A stretch of DNA of 62,353 nucleotides, filler included, from Choristocarpus tenellus KU-1152 (Eukaryota > Protista > Phaeophyceae): assembly GCA_964200185.2 (NCBI GenBank). It is 10 parts of 10 records of this genome, joined end to end, with 100 filler letters (N's around TTAATTAATTAA, not from the genome) between each part and the next. Parts side by side here need not be neighbours in the genome. Positions count along the whole stretch, not along the records: positions 40,135 to 62,353 come from CAXNAD020000297.1; 9 more parts are not named here. One strand, 5' to 3'. Shown piece by piece: positions 60,050-62,353 of this stretch. The notes under the pieces are model-generated. The model made no database searches. It was not told where the DNA came from and saw only the letters and a list, made by a program, of their open reading frames with translations. The position numbers and the translations under genes were made by a program. Within the stretch, counting starts at the first letter, position 1; every line of letters starts with the position of its first letter.

Positions 60050-62305
60050 AAAAGTTGCAGAAAAAAGGTTTATGATTGGAGTACGTATACAGCAGTTGCA
60101 TAGAAGACCAAACAAATCGGGTGGATGATGAAAATATTAAAAAGGCTTTTGGTCAAAACCATCACCCCTCTTAAAACAGTCTTTATCTTGAACGAAACAT
60201 TGAGTAGAGCTTTGAGACATGCACTGAGTCGAGTATCAAGAGAAGGCTGTCTGACACCCAAGAAACTATTATCAAAGGCAATGCCTCCCATAGCATTGTT
60301 TTAAGGTCGTTGGATTTGAGTTACACATCCTGTGGAGATGAGTTCTGGAGCGTGCTGTAACATGGAGGTCCTACCGCCTCTCTTCAAACTGGAGAGAATA
60401 CCCAGTATTCACCTCAGCGCCTAGAATTAGTGGTAGCTTCCTATACTCGCCTGGATATATATTTTTTTCTACTTGGGTTTGTCGTCTTCATTCATTCGTC
60501 ATCTACGGGATTTTCTTCTCCTCGGCCTCGTCGTCTCCATGGGTGTGATGGCATCTGTGGCTCCAAGGGAACCATCATCCTTCTATGATCAAAAAAAGAG
60601 TGGCCTCTGATCGCCACATCGTCCGCCTATAGTCATAAAACGAGTGGTCTCTGACCACCATGGTCGAGACGTTGCCTAGGTAGTTAATTATTCTTCATTC
60701 ACCTACTCACATCCCTGTCCTCTTTTTCGTGCCACCTTACCCTTTATCTCCCAGGTTCACAGACATGACTGGCTCACAGCGTTCACAGAGAGTTGAGTTC
60801 GCCTCCGACCCACAGATTCGCCGGGTAATCGATGATTCGAAGAGATTCCAGCCCCGAACCACACCTCAAAAAAATCCTAGCCACAGCCATGCCCACACTA
60901 CTGAATGCCGAGGCAGCCGCAAAGAACATGTTCACTTTCAGCCTTCCACTCGTGATGGATCTCACCCCAGGTCAAGATCCCAAGACACACACTCTCATTG
61001 AGACGGACGGAGGACCAGAGAAGAACACAGAGGCCGTACCCATTCACCTAGACATCACCGTCGGACCAGAGGTTATTCTCCATGCAAGTCTGTATCACCC
61101 AGGTCATTTTGGAGGAATAGCCTGAGTACAGTACGTCGATCCTGTGAGGTTGAAGCGCAGTTGCATAAAGCAATTCATGAGTTGCATACACGCGCTAAGT
61201 CAAATGAGTCACAATCCGGTAGGTAGCAGTGGGACAGAACCTCTCGGAACCTTGACATGAGACATTGAAAGGTTCAAGACCAGGCTGGTGGCACGGGGTT
61301 TTTCCCAGCAATCTCCCAAGCTCGCCAGTACCATCTCCACTGATGCATTGGACTTGTATACCTTCCCTGGCCATCTGTTCGATATAGGCAGCGGTTGCAT
61401 CCGTCGCGGCGTTTTTTTTTTTCAATCCATAAACCCTCTTGTCTCGACTGGTCTCATCAACAAACACCTGAAAATATTTATGACCAGTGATGTCGGGTTG
61501 AAAAGGTCCCATCAAATCAATGTGCATTACCTCACCAGGCTGCTTGGGGGCCCTGCCACCCTGTTATAAGCTTAAAGCCTCGGATTTGCATTCCTTGCAG
61601 GTCTCACACGGCAGTTCCGACTCCGTAGTAGCGTCGGTTATCTCCAAAAGTCCACGTTTCTCGAGATGCTTGAATTGCTGATGGGTTGATGTGCCCCAAT
61701 ATCTTGTTCCAGAATGTCAGCCTCTGCTTTTGGTTGGCTCGTGCAACGCTGGCTCTTGATTCTTGTTCTGTGGTGATTATGGTTCCAGTTTGAGAACCCC
61801 GACTCTTGTAGGTATGTCTTGGGCGAATTCTTAGAGGTTCTCAGCTAACTTTCTTTTGTTTCTGAATCCATTAATTCTCCTCAATTGTGTCGTATACTTC
61901 CAGTACTCAATATAGAGAATGGTAGACCTGCCACCCATAGAACATCCTTCAGAACAACTCTTGATGGTTTGCCGTTCTAGTCTGTCACTATTAGAATCAT
62001 ATCCCCGGTTTCCTTCGCTTCCAATTTCACATTGTTAACAAAGGTACATATCCGTTTGGTGGCCCGAGTGCTTACGAGATCTTCACGATCGGGTGTAAGA
62101 TGTGCGTTTGCTCCATAGTCACACAATATCTCGACTTGTCTTCCACCAGAGGAGTTGAGCACCACATTTTTGTTAGCATCCTCGTCTGCTGTCAACTTGA
62201 AAGTGGAGAAGGAGCGCGCTTGGTTTCCGTCGACTCTGTTGCTACTCCCACCAGGTGGAGGTGGCGGAAATTTTCTCGCAAGTACCGTCCCAGGTGGACG
62301 TATTG
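60050..62305 (-). mobile_element. Ty1/copia retrotransposon, degenerate and rearranged
   Basis: Protease-like ILCDYGANAHLT, integrase HIDLMGPF..ITGHKYFQVFVDETSR, RNase H-like end (LTKSL); an RT piece RFKTRLVARGFSQQ lies on the opposite strand at ~61270-61312. Confidence 0.82.
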
Positions 62306-62353
62306 GGCTCAAAGTATCTAGGGGGGGGTGGCGGCTGTCCATTTGGGGTCAAT

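Overview
Eukaryotic, intron-containing, repeat-rich DNA, probably a photosynthetic stramenopile such as a brown-alga relative (inference from TTAGGG motifs, a signal-peptide+'AF' presequence and exon style). The window is about ten contigs joined by artificial N-TTAATTAATTAA-N linkers, so adjacency across gaps is not trustworthy. I reconstructed six spliced genes by hand: an LSD1/KDM1-like flavin amine oxidase (3' end lost in a gap), a Nudix hydrolase, a membrane RING-H2 E3 ligase (partial), S-adenosylmethionine decarboxylase (AdoMetDC, 9 coding exons, 446 aa), HYPK, and CCDC115/Vma22. There is also a tRNA-Gly(GCC) and many decayed transposons (copia x2, CRE/RLE-type LINE, PIF/Harbinger, hAT, Tc1/IS630-like, MITE-like families). 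The most interesting feature is the AdoMetDC 5' leader. It carries a three-exon, ~104-codon upstream ORF, absent from the ORF track, that overlaps the AdoMetDC AUG by 29 nt. It ends at CCC-UGA-G with the enzyme in the +1 frame and a stem-loop just downstream. This is a candidate polyamine-sensing translational switch (antizyme-like +1 frameshift or Pro-stop stalling uORF). Function and novelty cannot be confirmed from sequence alone.
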